From positions 1 to 64,000 of IMG/VR virus record IMGVR_UViG_3300025133_007837: a stretch of 64,000 bases of DNA; one strand, 5' to 3'. Under the pieces are notes generated by a model. The model was not told where the DNA came from and searched no databases. It was given only the letters and a program-made list of their open reading frames with translations. The position numbers and the translations under genes were made by a program. Below, piece by piece: positions 37,827 to 48,010 of the stretch; position 1 is the first letter of the stretch, and each line of letters opens with the position of its first letter. The DNA comes from a virus.

Positions 37827-38807
37827 ATGGACAGCAAAAAGTGTTACGTATTATTTTGTGATAAAAAGTATTTCTACTTAATGAGGAATGCTTTGACTCT
37901 ACTGGAAAAATTTTCAAACCATAAAGTTCTAGCCTATACTGTTAATTTTTTACCCACAGAGCCCTTTAAGAATGTTGTTTGGAAAAGGGTAGATGACCAG
38001 AATTTACTTGAATACGAGAGCACTGGAAAAAATCATTTGATTAAAAATGAGTGGGGTAAGACAATGTACTCTTGCTTTCTGAAAGCCTCCGCTGTCTGCG
38101 AGTCTTTAGATACAGACTTTGATGAATTTGTCTACTTAGATGTAGATACTTTCCCACTCAAGAACGTAGATGATATTTTCATCTTAGGAGAGAGCAAAAA
38201 CCACACTTGCCCAATTCTCCCAAGGTACAATTGGGAGTATATGATGTACGGGGGAAAAGGTAGCCCCTTCACAGATGGAGGGTATGATGAATCGCAGACC
38301 TTAGAGTGGTGGCTACTTAACGAGTTAGGCCTAACTGACGGAGGCCATGAGAGACATTGGTACAGAAGCTCATGTTTCTTTTATTACAATAAAAAATCTA
38401 AGCCGTTTTGGGAAGAGGCTTCTAGTATTTCATCAGACGAAAATATAATTAAGAATCAAGATAAGTTTTTTACAGATGAATCTATTATAAATGTTTTGCT
38501 ATGGAAACACAGATGCGCAGACTTTTTTGAAAACAGCTCTGTTATTCATATTTCTAACGGCGACCAGCTTGACTCAACTAGCAAGATAGATCAATTTTTT
38601 GACGATTTAAAGAGCTCGAAGTCAGGCCCGCCACTTGTAACTAACTGGAACGGAAGCTCTCAATGCCAAGAGGCATGGATGTTTCACGGCAAAATATCTA
38701 AGTTTTTTTGGAAAGAAAATATCCTTAGCGGAGATAGAGTCTATAGCGAATCTCTTGCTAGAACCCTAAATGATTATTTCGTATACAAGTCTGTCTCTAT
38801 TCAATAA
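37827..38807 (+). CDS. GT-A glycosyltransferase
   Basis: YLDVD (DxD), DESIINVLLW, FHG. Confidence 0.65.
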   Translation: MDSKKCYVLFCDKKYFYLMRNALTLLEKFSNHKVLAYTVNFLPTEPFKNVVWKRVDDQNLLEYESTGKNHLIKNEWGKTMYSCFLKASAVCESLDTDFDEFVYLDVDTFPLKNVDDIFILGESKNHTCPILPRYNWEYMMYGGKGSPFTDGGYDESQTLEWWLLNELGLTDGGHERHWYRSSCFFYYNKKSKPFWEEASSISSDENIIKNQDKFFTDESIINVLLWKHRCADFFENSSVIHISNGDQLDSTSKIDQFFDDLKSSKSGPPLVTNWNGSSQCQEAWMFHGKISKFFWKENILSGDRVYSESLARTLNDYFVYKSVSIQ

Positions 38808-38812
38808 GAAAA

Positions 38813-39583
38813 ATGAAATCCATACCTTTATTTAAATCACACTACAGCATAGGAAGGTCTATACTTACGCTAGGTAATACGGAAGAGCAACAGGAGAACT
38901 TCCCCTCTTCTATAGTTGAAATAGCAAAGCGGAATAAACTTAAGTCTGTTTTTCTGGTAGAGGACAGTATGAATGGCTTCCTAGAAGCCTACAAGAACCT
39001 CACAGACTCAGAGGTAAATCTAGTGTTCGGCTATAGAGTTTCAGTGTGCAACGATAGTAAAGACAAGTCAAAAGAGTCGATAGACACAGAGTCTAAATTC
39101 GTAATCTTAGCGAGGAACGAGGAAGGATACAAGAAACTAATTAAAATATCAAGCTACGCCGCCTGTGATGGTTTCTACTATCACCCCAGAATAGATTTCT
39201 CCGTACTCAAGGAGCATTGGGACGACAAATATTTACAGCTTTGTGTCCCGTTTTATGATTCCTTTTTATTTAAGAACTCACTCACTTTTGCTGTTTGCTT
39301 TCCTAAATTTGATTTCACCCAACCCATATTTTTTACAGAGGACAACAACATGCCCTTTGACTATATAATTAAAAAGAAAGTAGAAACATATTGCCATGAA
39401 AACAAACTTCAGTCGGTCCCAGTCAAGTCTATCTATTATGAGCGCAGGGACGACTTCAAGGCTTATCTTACTTTTAAGTGCATTAACAATAGGACAACAC
39501 TAGAGAATCCTAGGTTCGACCATCTTTCTTCGGATGAGTTTAGCTTTGAGAGCTGGAAGGAGCAACAGAATGAAAAAGTTTAA
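38813..39583 (+). CDS. Stand-alone PHP domain of DNA polymerase III alpha
   Basis: KSHYS, ARNEEGYKKLIKISS, GFYYHPRID. Confidence 0.85.
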   Translation: MKSIPLFKSHYSIGRSILTLGNTEEQQENFPSSIVEIAKRNKLKSVFLVEDSMNGFLEAYKNLTDSEVNLVFGYRVSVCNDSKDKSKESIDTESKFVILARNEEGYKKLIKISSYAACDGFYYHPRIDFSVLKEHWDDKYLQLCVPFYDSFLFKNSLTFAVCFPKFDFTQPIFFTEDNNMPFDYIIKKKVETYCHENKLQSVPVKSIYYERRDDFKAYLTFKCINNRTTLENPRFDHLSSDEFSFESWKEQQNEKV

Positions 39584-40034
39584 CATTACAAAGTCAGCAA
39601 TCGCACGTGCGAAGGGCAGAGCAGATAAGCTCCCCTTACTCAACAACTCAATAAGGAAAGGAGAAGGAAGCTTAGTGGCATACATAGGAGAAGAGGTAGC
39701 AAAACATGTACTAAGCGCGGAAATAAAAGACACTTATGACTACGATTTAGTTTATAATAAAACTAAAGTTGATGTCAAAACCAAAGAGAGAACGGTTCCC
39801 CCAAAACTTTATTACGAGTGTTCGGTTGCCGATTTCAACACAAAGCAGGGCTGTGATGAATACGCTTTTGTTAGCGTATTAAATAACCTAAAACAAGCTT
39901 GGTACTTGGGGAAAATAAGCAAGACAGATTTTTACAAAAACGCAACTTTCCACAAAAAAGGAGAGGTAGACCCGGATAATAACTTTACCTTTAAGGCAGA
40001 CTGTTACAATATAGCAATTTCACAATTAAATTAA
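39570..40034 (+). CDS. Putative PD-(D/E)xK endonuclease between polymerase modules
   Basis: IGEE...YDYDL...VDVKTK. Confidence 0.55.
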   Translation: MKKFNITKSAIARAKGRADKLPLLNNSIRKGEGSLVAYIGEEVAKHVLSAEIKDTYDYDLVYNKTKVDVKTKERTVPPKLYYECSVADFNTKQGCDEYAFVSVLNNLKQAWYLGKISKTDFYKNATFHKKGEVDPDNNFTFKADCYNIAISQLN

Positions 40035-40673
40035 ATGGACGAACACTTACTAAGATTCAGAAAAGATAAAAAGGTAGTCTTTATTGACTGCGAGACATAC
40101 AACCTTTGTCTAAACTTTTGTCACAACGTTACATGGCAGGTATCTATGATACAAACAGACGGGACAAATAAAACAGACGAGAGAGACTATTATATTAAAT
40201 GGGATACAGATTTCAAAATCAGCGAGGACGCAGCAAGAATAACTAAATACGATGACGACTTTGTTCAAAAGAATGGAAAGACTCTCAAACAAACCCTGCC
40301 GACTATACAAAAATGGCTGGACAAGGCTGATTATATTGTTGGCCACAACATACTTGGCTTTGATATTTATTTAATTAAAGAGCTTTACAAGCTACACGGA
40401 GCAGATTATAGGCCTCTAATGCCAAAAGTTATAGATACTAACTGTATTGCGCGTGGAATAAAAATGGATATACCATATAAAGCTGGAGAGGACTTTACCG
40501 AATACCAATACAGAATTTACAACACAAGAAGAAAAGGTATTAGAAGCAACTTAACAGCCTTGGGTAAAGAGTTCGACATAAAGCACGACTACGACAAGTT
40601 GCATAATGCTATAGTTGATTTAGAGCTGAACCTAAAGGTCTGGAATCGCTTAAAGTATTCATTAGAACTATGA
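40035..40673 (+). CDS. DEDDh 3'-5' exonuclease (epsilon-like)
   Basis: FIDCET, VGHNILGFD, LHNAIVD. Confidence 0.88.
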   Translation: MDEHLLRFRKDKKVVFIDCETYNLCLNFCHNVTWQVSMIQTDGTNKTDERDYYIKWDTDFKISEDAARITKYDDDFVQKNGKTLKQTLPTIQKWLDKADYIVGHNILGFDIYLIKELYKLHGADYRPLMPKVIDTNCIARGIKMDIPYKAGEDFTEYQYRIYNTRRKGIRSNLTALGKEFDIKHDYDKLHNAIVDLELNLKVWNRLKYSLEL

Positions 40674-43264
40674 CACCAAATACATTTTTAAAAAAGTTTA
40701 AAAAGATAGATTTACCTCTTCATGGAGTGAGGTTGCCTTCGTTTGAGATCAGCGAAGAAGCCAAGCGCAATCACGGAATTAGTGACGAAGATGACAACAA
40801 CCAGATTCTTCGCAAGCTTTGCTTTGCGGGATATAAAGAGAAGATAGAATCTGGAGACCTTGATGTTTCGAAGTCGGAGGAGTATACCGACAGAACAGAG
40901 CATGAGATCGCCATCATGGAAGAACTCGGGTTCGTTGATTATATGCTCTTGACTTGGGACGTCATAAACTTTTGCAAAGAGAACGATATACCTATTGGGT
41001 TAGGGCGTGGCTCAGCAGCGGGAAGCTTTGTCCTCTTCTTATTGGGGATAACAAACCTAGACCCAATCAAGTACAGCTTATTCTTCGAGAGGTTTATATC
41101 TAAGATCCGAGCTAAAAAGAAGGTAGTAGATGGGGTCACATATCTTGACGGAAACCTTATGGTTGATATCGACAATGACGTTTGTTACTACAACAGACAT
41201 AAAGTCTTAGATTATATTGAAAACAAGTTTAAAGGTAAAACTGCGAAAATACTTACCCTAAATACACTAAGCGGTAAGCTCTTAATAAAAGAGTGTGGCA
41301 AGATCGTGTCCAGCAAAAGCGAAACGGAGATGAACACAGTCTCTAGCTACATACCTAAAGTTTTCGGCCAAGTGAAAGACCTTGAAGAAACTTACGAAGA
41401 AGTTAAAGAGTTCAGAGAGTGGTGCAGCGAAAAAGAAAACAAAGAGGCCTACCAAATAGCCTTGAAGCTTCGAGGCTTAATTAAAAATAAGAGCGTTCAT
41501 GCTTCCGGCGTTTTGTTGTCCTATGACCAGCTAGAGGACAGCTCTCCAGTTGAGCTTACTAGCGACAAAGCCGTAGTATCGTCTTACGATATGAACTGGG
41601 TTTCCTTATTTAATGTTAAATTGGATATTCTAGGTCTTCGAAGCGTTTCTGTTGTGCATGACGTTTGCCAGCAAGTAGGCCTAAAGGTTACAGATATCGA
41701 CCTTGACAATCCCTTCATATACAGAAAATTACAAGATCTAAAGACTCCTCACGGGCTGTTCCAGATCGAAGCAGACACCAATTTTAAAGTCTGCCAAGAT
41801 GTCAAGCCTAAGGGCTTAGAGGAGCTTAGCGCTGTACTTGCCCTAGGCAGACCCGGAGCCTTAGGTTTCGTAAAGCAATATTCTGATTACGCAAACCATA
41901 ATGTGTATGAGCCGATTCACCCATTATTTGACGAGATTCTTAAGAGCACAGGTGGAGTAGCCTTGTATCAAGAACAGTTAATGCAAATGGCGCATAAAAT
42001 TGGCTTCACCCTTGACGAAGCGGAAATCCTAAGACGCATTGTTGGCAAAAAGAAAGTTAAAGAGGTTAGACAATGGAAAAAGAAGATCCGAGAGAAGGTT
42101 GACGAAAATAGGCTTAGCAGCGAATGGACAGGGATCAAAGGGTCCGTTGATGTAGGAGACGTACTATGGAAAGTGTTAGAAGATTCCGCCAATTATTCAT
42201 TCAACAAATCTCATTCTATTTGCTATGCAGCATTAGCGGCTATTACAACTTACCTTAAATTTACACACCCCAAAGAGTTCTTCCTGTCTTTGTTGAAGAT
42301 GACAAAGCACGAGCCAGACCCCTTAGCCGAAATCAATAAAGTACAAACGGAGCTGAGCCTATTCGGCATTAAGCTGTTGCCACCTCATATTACAAAGTCT
42401 CAAATGGACTTTACTATTGAGGGAGAGAATATCCGTTACGGCTTAACGTCCATCAAAGGTATCTCTGATAAGACTATTGAGAAGTTAAACGACTTTAGAG
42501 CAGAGTTTAGCAACAAGTTTGAAGTATTTCAAGCCGCGAGCGAAGCAAAAGTCGGTATAGGTGTATTATCCGCTCTTATTCAAGCAGGAGCGTTCGAGGG
42601 TTTCCCACAATCTAGAAGTAAAATAGTATTAGAGGCCCAGTTATGGAACCTACTCACACAAAGAGAAAAAAGGATAGCCTATAACCTAGGAAAAAAATAT
42701 GATTTTGATTTAATAAACATTATTAAAGATTTAGTAGACAGAAAAGATGAGGATGGAAAAATTTATGTCAGAGCTTCTAGATTCGAAACGATTAAAAAGA
42801 AATACGCTCCGTACAGAGATATCTACAAGCAGAACAGCAAGTCAGAGAGTTTAGCGAACTGGTATTACGAGAAGAAGCTGCTTGGCTATTCTCACGCAAA
42901 CTCCCTTAAAAAGGTCTATAGCGCTAAAGTCCCAGACCTTATCAGTATCAGAGACGTCTCCGAGTCCAATATAGGCTCTAGAGTCTTGTTTATATCAACT
43001 GTTGAGGACTTCTATAAGGGCAAGTCCAAAAGAGGCTCTGAGTACATAAGGCTTACCTGTTCTGACGAGACGGGCTCTATGACGGCTCTGCAGTTCAATG
43101 CTAAAATAGATGAGAGCAAGCTCATAAATGGCAAGCTTCCAAGTAAAGATGATATAGTCATCATCAGGGGGCTCAAAAAGGACGACGCAGTATTTATTGA
43201 CGATATTGGCATCCAAAGCCAGAAAATATTCACAAAACTGTCAGAACTAAAGGATATTACTTGA
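40670..43264 (+). CDS. dnaE: DNA polymerase III alpha catalytic core (no PHP domain)
   Basis: GRGSAAGS, LFFERF, DIDND, KLDILGL, YQEQ, YSFNKSH, C-terminal OB fold. Confidence 0.95.
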   Translation: MTPNTFLKKFKKIDLPLHGVRLPSFEISEEAKRNHGISDEDDNNQILRKLCFAGYKEKIESGDLDVSKSEEYTDRTEHEIAIMEELGFVDYMLLTWDVINFCKENDIPIGLGRGSAAGSFVLFLLGITNLDPIKYSLFFERFISKIRAKKKVVDGVTYLDGNLMVDIDNDVCYYNRHKVLDYIENKFKGKTAKILTLNTLSGKLLIKECGKIVSSKSETEMNTVSSYIPKVFGQVKDLEETYEEVKEFREWCSEKENKEAYQIALKLRGLIKNKSVHASGVLLSYDQLEDSSPVELTSDKAVVSSYDMNWVSLFNVKLDILGLRSVSVVHDVCQQVGLKVTDIDLDNPFIYRKLQDLKTPHGLFQIEADTNFKVCQDVKPKGLEELSAVLALGRPGALGFVKQYSDYANHNVYEPIHPLFDEILKSTGGVALYQEQLMQMAHKIGFTLDEAEILRRIVGKKKVKEVRQWKKKIREKVDENRLSSEWTGIKGSVDVGDVLWKVLEDSANYSFNKSHSICYAALAAITTYLKFTHPKEFFLSLLKMTKHEPDPLAEINKVQTELSLFGIKLLPPHITKSQMDFTIEGENIRYGLTSIKGISDKTIEKLNDFRAEFSNKFEVFQAASEAKVGIGVLSALIQAGAFEGFPQSRSKIVLEAQLWNLLTQREKRIAYNLGKKYDFDLINIIKDLVDRKDEDGKIYVRASRFETIKKKYAPYRDIYKQNSKSESLANWYYEKKLLGYSHANSLKKVYSAKVPDLISIRDVSESNIGSRVLFISTVEDFYKGKSKRGSEYIRLTCSDETGSMTALQFNAKIDESKLINGKLPSKDDIVIIRGLKKDDAVFIDDIGIQSQKIFTKLSELKDIT

Positions 43265-43330
43265 CCAAAGTTAAAGTTTGCAGTACAATAGGTTTTAGGG
43301 CACTTAATAACAGTGTAATTAATATACCCA

Positions 43331-43471
43331 ATGCAGAGCATAAGAGTTAAATATAGTCAAGTCGCTAGCGCGCTAGCTGCCAACGCTTTATATAAGGAGG
43401 TCTTTAGGGAGAGCGTCGACAGCGATACTTTTGAGCTACAATATTTGTGGAACATATCAAAAAAGCAGTAG
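43331..43471 (+). CDS. 46-aa hypothetical protein
   Basis: ATG just after an AGTGTAAT motif; below the ORF-track cutoff. Confidence 0.4.
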   Translation: MQSIRVKYSQVASALAANALYKEVFRESVDSDTFELQYLWNISKKQ

Positions 43472-43489
43472 AACTAGAGAGAGTACCAC

Positions 43490-44227
43490 ATGCTATCCAC
43501 AGAATTTTTAAGTAATTTTATAAGCTCAGACGCCACTGTCATTGACGTAGGAGCAAGAGACGGAGACTCTTTACTTCCTTTCTTGCCGCTATTAAAAGAG
43601 GGTTCTCAAATGATAGCTTTTGAGCCCATAAAAAAAGAAATGGACTCGCTAATCAAAATGCTTGAGGCTAATAATATCCCAGAAGATAGGTTTAGTTGCA
43701 ATCAATTTGGAATCAATTCAGCTACGGGAGAGTTTGATTTTTTATACGATACAAAAGACAGGAACGGAGGACTGAAAGAGCAACTAGATCACATATCTAA
43801 AATAGCTTTTGAAGAAAGTGGATTTCAGACTCAGTCAGTATGGGATAAACAAACAAAAATTAATACTTTCTGCTGGAAAGATTTAGAAAAAGATTTAAAA
43901 AATAAAATGCTAAAAGCTTCCTTCATTAAGGTGGATACTGAAGGGTCAGACATAGTAGTGCTAAGAGAGCTTTTGCCGGTTATAAACAAGACTCGTCCTT
44001 TTATTTTCCTTGAATTGTACCCCGGAACAGCAAAAGAAGCTATTGAGCTTATTAATGAAATACGATATTATTGTATTAATGCATATAGTGAAATGATTTT
44101 CGTTTCCCCAGATATGAAAACTATTAATAGAGGTTATCTTCCGTTACATAATATAGGAGCGCAATACAATAGTGGGCAAAAAGACTATTTTCTAGCACCA
44201 TTCGAAATGTTCAAAAAAAACCTTTGA
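43490..44227 (+). CDS. FkbM-family methyltransferase
   Basis: IDVGARDG, AFEP, IKVDTEGSD. Confidence 0.88.
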   Translation: MLSTEFLSNFISSDATVIDVGARDGDSLLPFLPLLKEGSQMIAFEPIKKEMDSLIKMLEANNIPEDRFSCNQFGINSATGEFDFLYDTKDRNGGLKEQLDHISKIAFEESGFQTQSVWDKQTKINTFCWKDLEKDLKNKMLKASFIKVDTEGSDIVVLRELLPVINKTRPFIFLELYPGTAKEAIELINEIRYYCINAYSEMIFVSPDMKTINRGYLPLHNIGAQYNSGQKDYFLAPFEMFKKNL

Positions 44228-44258
44228 TTAAGCTAGTGTAATAACAGATTTAAAAGAG

Positions 44259-46232
44259 ATGCAAACACAAGACAAGACCAAGGTCAACGGATTAGAGGAA
44301 ATTTCAAATTTTATTTTTACGAGCAAATACGCTCGCTATAGCGATAAAAATAAACGAAGAGAAACATGGGATGAAGCGGTCTCCAGAGTAGAGGGGATGC
44401 ATTTAGAAAAATATAATTTTTTATCAGATGAAGACAAAGAGCAAATCAAGAAAGCTTTTAGTCTAGTAAGGGAAAAGAAGATAGTCCCTTCCATGAGATC
44501 TATGCAATTTGCAGGACCAGCAGTCCTAGCCCATAACGCAAGAATTTTTAATTGCTCTTGCAGACACATGGATTCAATTAGGTCTTTCGCCGAATGTTTC
44601 TATCTACTTCTTTGCGGGTGTGGAGTTGATTTTGGAATTACTAAGAAATATCTTAGCAGACTTCCTGACTTAGTTAGCGCGGAAAATAAGACGGGAATCG
44701 TCATGACATACTCTGTTGAAGACAGTATAGAGGGCTGGGCGGATAGTATCGAAGTTTTACTTGATAGTTTCTTTAAACAGACTCCCTTTACAGGCAGAAA
44801 GGTTGTATTCGATTACTCTAAGATTCGGAGAAAAGGAACGAGGCTCAAAACTGGAGGAGGGAAAGCGCCCGGCTATAGTGGATTAAAAGCAGCTCACTTA
44901 AAGATCAAGAAGTTGCTAGATGAACTCATCGAAAATAAAAGCCAGTTAAGGCTAGAACCAATAAATGCTTACGACATTCTAATGCATTGCGCCGACGCAG
45001 TTCTCAGCGGAGGCATTCGTCGCGCCGCAACCTCTGTTGTTTTTGACGCAGACGACGAGGCGATGATGAACTCTAAGACAGGGAATTGGTTTGAAGATAA
45101 TCCACAGAGAGCTAGAAGCAATAATTCGATCTTGTTTTTAAGAAAAAAAGTCACAGAGGAGGATTTTAAAAAGGTTTTAAATAGCGCTAAAGAGTTTGGT
45201 GAGCCGGGGTTTATTTTTGCGGACCATGAGGATACGCTATCTAACCCTTGTAGAGAGATAGGTTTTATTCCTGTGACTAAGGACGGAAGGTGTGGTGTTC
45301 AGTTTTGTAATCTTACTTCCGTAAATGGAGCCAAGACCCATACCCCCAAAGAGTTTAGAGAGCACACTTGGGCTGCTGCTTTAGTAGGAACACTTCAAGC
45401 AGGCTACACAGACTTTCATTACCTCAGAAACGCTTCCAGAGAGCTTACAGAAGAAGAAGCTCTTCTCGGTGTATCAATAACAGGAATAATGGACAACCCT
45501 AAGACCCTACTTAGTCCTAAATACCAAAAGGAATGCTCAGAAATAGCAGTTAAAACAAACGGAGAGTGGGCAAAGAAAATCAACATTAGACCAGCAGCCA
45601 GAGTTACTTGTGTCAAACCAGAAGGAACATCTAGCTTAGTTCTCGGTTCTGCGTCAGGCATTCACCCTCACCATAGTCATAAGTATTTTAGGCGCGTACA
45701 GTGCAATAAAATTGATAATGTGTATCAGTATTTTAAGCTGTATAATGATAAGCTCTGCGAGGAAAGCGTTTGGAGTGCGAATAAGACGGATGACGTTGTC
45801 ACCTTTCCAATCGAAATCACGAACGGCGCATTAACCAAGAAAGATCTTGATGCAATTAAGCATCTTAACCACATAAAATCAACTCAAGAAAATTGGGTTC
45901 TTCCCGGCACAACCAAACACAACAAAAAGAAAACTACCCATTCAGTTAGTTGCACGATCCTCGTGGAGAAAGACGAGTGGGACAAGGTAGCTGAATATCT
46001 TTACGAGAACAGAGATTTTTTTGCTGCTGTTTCCTTACTGGCTGCTACTGGAGACAAGGATTTTAAACAAGCCCCGATGGAGAGGGTCTCGACAGAAAAA
46101 GACGAGAAGCTTTTCGACAGACTATCATCCTCTATGTCCAGAGTAGACTATACAGCTCTACAAGAAGCACATGACGAAACGACCCTACAAACTAACTTAG
46201 CGTGCGCTGGAGGCAATTGCGAAATAAATTAA
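44259..46232 (+). CDS. nrdJ: Class II (B12-dependent) ribonucleotide reductase, monomeric RTPR type
   Basis: FNC, GGIRRAA, NPCREI, FCNL, CVKPEGT, C-terminal CAGGNCE. Confidence 0.9.
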   Translation: MQTQDKTKVNGLEEISNFIFTSKYARYSDKNKRRETWDEAVSRVEGMHLEKYNFLSDEDKEQIKKAFSLVREKKIVPSMRSMQFAGPAVLAHNARIFNCSCRHMDSIRSFAECFYLLLCGCGVDFGITKKYLSRLPDLVSAENKTGIVMTYSVEDSIEGWADSIEVLLDSFFKQTPFTGRKVVFDYSKIRRKGTRLKTGGGKAPGYSGLKAAHLKIKKLLDELIENKSQLRLEPINAYDILMHCADAVLSGGIRRAATSVVFDADDEAMMNSKTGNWFEDNPQRARSNNSILFLRKKVTEEDFKKVLNSAKEFGEPGFIFADHEDTLSNPCREIGFIPVTKDGRCGVQFCNLTSVNGAKTHTPKEFREHTWAAALVGTLQAGYTDFHYLRNASRELTEEEALLGVSITGIMDNPKTLLSPKYQKECSEIAVKTNGEWAKKINIRPAARVTCVKPEGTSSLVLGSASGIHPHHSHKYFRRVQCNKIDNVYQYFKLYNDKLCEESVWSANKTDDVVTFPIEITNGALTKKDLDAIKHLNHIKSTQENWVLPGTTKHNKKKTTHSVSCTILVEKDEWDKVAEYLYENRDFFAAVSLLAATGDKDFKQAPMERVSTEKDEKLFDRLSSSMSRVDYTALQEAHDETTLQTNLACAGGNCEIN

Positions 46233-46328
46233 AGGGTAATATTCCCCAGAGAGTAGGGTTCTATTCCCCAACGTTTTTTAAAATAAATAAAAAAGTAACA
46301 AAACACTAGGAATAAACGTCTCTGTGTT

Positions 46329-46344
46329 TGGCACGATAATTGCA
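46329..46344 (+). promoter_or_regulatory. Sigma54 (-24/-12) promoter
   Basis: TGGCACG-ATAA-TTGCA, 14 nt before ATG 46359. Confidence 0.8.
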
Positions 46345-46358
46345 GTGTAATATACATT

Positions 46359-46898
46359 ATGTTCATTAAAAGAATTCTTAAGATTGGGCTGGTTGCTGTT
46401 ATGGCGTCAGCGTTAACAGTTTCAGCTCAGGTCCCTAAGCCTGCGCCTAAACCAGATAAACCTGAAAAGGAGAAGCCTGAGCGCGGTGGCAAGAAATTTG
46501 ATCCAGCTAAAGTTAAAGAGCGCCTTAAGGCTGCTTTTGAGAAGCGCAAGAAGCATCGTGGTGATGCCAAGAAAAAAGGCCACAAAGTTAGTGATCGCAA
46601 GAAAAAAGATGGCGGCTTTGGTAAACTCATAAGAGACGACGCTAAGGTCAAAGAACTGCGCGAGGCCTTCAAAGAGGCCGCTAAAAAGCAATGGACCGGC
46701 TTCGACAAAGATAAGTGGAAAGACGCCACAGACGACGAGAAAAAGGCCCTAAGAGAGCAAATGACTGCTTCTAGGAAAGAATGGATGGAAACAATGAAAA
46801 GCCATCGCAAAGAAGTTCATGCTCGCATAAAAGAGATTCGTGAAGAGTTTAAAAATAAGCGCGATGAAGTCATCGACGGAAACGACCCAAAACCATAA
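46359..46898 (+). CDS. Secreted, highly charged helical protein
   Basis: Sec signal peptide ending in VSA; K/E/R-rich helices. Confidence 0.7.
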   Translation: MFIKRILKIGLVAVMASALTVSAQVPKPAPKPDKPEKEKPERGGKKFDPAKVKERLKAAFEKRKKHRGDAKKKGHKVSDRKKKDGGFGKLIRDDAKVKELREAFKEAAKKQWTGFDKDKWKDATDDEKKALREQMTASRKEWMETMKSHRKEVHARIKEIREEFKNKRDEVIDGNDPKP

Positions 46899-46902
46899 TT
46901 TT

Positions 46903-47361
46903 ATGAACAAATATATTAAACTAATTATTGTAGCAGCTTTACTGCTAGGAGGTGTTAGTATCGCTCAAGCCGACCGTCACGGTGGTCACAGCAAAACTAA
47001 CAGAGTAGACAAAGTTAAAGGCAAGCCAGCGCCTAAGAAAGCTAACCCAGCAGAAGTCAGAAAGAAGAGGCACGCTCTTGCTGCCAAGAAAATCAAAGAT
47101 GGCGTCAAGGCTGGTAAGATTACAGAAAAGCAAGCCAAGGAGAAACTAGCAGCCCTAAGAAAGAGTTATGTTTCAGGGGCTAAGGGATCAAGTCGTAGGC
47201 CTTCGCGCGAAGACCTTGTCAAGAAGTTCGATAAGAACAAAGACGGTAAGCTAGATGAAAAAGAGCGCGCAGCAGCGCGAAAGGCTATGGAAGCCAGAAC
47301 CAAGAAAAGAGGGGAAAGCAGGCGAGGGAAAAGCAAAGGGCGCAAATCTCGCAGAAAGTAG
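46903..47361 (+). CDS. Secreted basic EF-hand protein
   Basis: Signal peptide ending in AQA; FDKNKDGKLDEKER EF-hand loop. Confidence 0.75.
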   Translation: MNKYIKLIIVAALLLGGVSIAQADRHGGHSKTNRVDKVKGKPAPKKANPAEVRKKRHALAAKKIKDGVKAGKITEKQAKEKLAALRKSYVSGAKGSSRRPSREDLVKKFDKNKDGKLDEKERAAARKAMEARTKKRGESRRGKSKGRKSRRK

Positions 47362-47370
47362 ACCCCACAC

Positions 47371-47453
47371 CCATGTGTTTTAAGGTATCAAAGCAGTCAT
47401 GTGTTTTAGCATAGTAAAGCGCTAGATGCTTTTTAGAATATTAACACGTGGCT
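47371..47453 (+). ncRNA. Element copy 8: one extra left half-unit plus complete unit (left slots AGGTATC, GCATAGT; right slot GAATATT)
   Basis: ccatgtgtt TTA aggtatc aaagca gtcatgtgtt TTA gcatagt aaagcg-ctaga-tgcttt TTA gaatatt aacacgtggct. Confidence 0.85.
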
Positions 47454-47460
47454 TAAAACG

Positions 47461-47490
47461 AGAGGGAGTTTCGGCTCCCTCTCTCTTTTT
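47461..47490 (+). terminator. Intrinsic terminator
   Basis: agagggagt-ttcg-gctccctct followed by a T-tract. Confidence 0.85.
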
Positions 47491-47536
47491 GCTTGACCTA
47501 GGTGTAAGTATACTATATAATAGACATATCAGATAA

Positions 47537-48010
47537 ATGATTGAAAATACATTTACCAAAGACAAAAGACTCGAAGAAAATAAAGAACTTCATACCAAAA
47601 TAGGGAAAACATGGTTCATAGATATAGATGGAACCATTTTAAAAGCCCAGTCAAACGCCAAGCTAGACAGAATGATAGCTCAATTTGGAGATAAATCTCA
47701 CACACAGGAGCAAACCCTACCATCTAGCAAGCACTTTTTAAAAAAGATCCCTAAAAGAGACACTATTATTTTGACCACAGCCAGAGACAGAAAACATAAA
47801 GAACACACGGACAAGACACTCAAGCACCTAGGCGTTAGGTATGACGATGTTATTTATGACTTGAGATCTGGCGCTAGAATATTAGTAAATGATGTTAAAC
47901 CCAGAGGGGCTATCCAAAATGATCATGAAATAAAAACAGCTTTTGCAATAAATCTCAAAAGAAACCAAGGTCTACAAAAGGAGCACTTAGATGAATATCT
48001 CAGAATTTGA
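47537..48010 (+). CDS. HAD-superfamily phosphatase-like protein
   Basis: FIDIDGT, TTAR, LVND. Confidence 0.75.
   Translation: MIENTFTKDKRLEENKELHTKIGKTWFIDIDGTILKAQSNAKLDRMIAQFGDKSHTQEQTLPSSKHFLKKIPKRDTIILTTARDRKHKEHTDKTLKHLGVRYDDVIYDLRSGARILVNDVKPRGAIQNDHEIKTAFAINLKRNQGLQKEHLDEYLRI

Noticed and set aside
43291-43330. Possible tenth hairpin element (TTTA gggcact...)
   Set aside because: The inner stem is mismatched and there is no second TTA slot or closing arm. It is better explained by the AGTGTAAT promoter motif.
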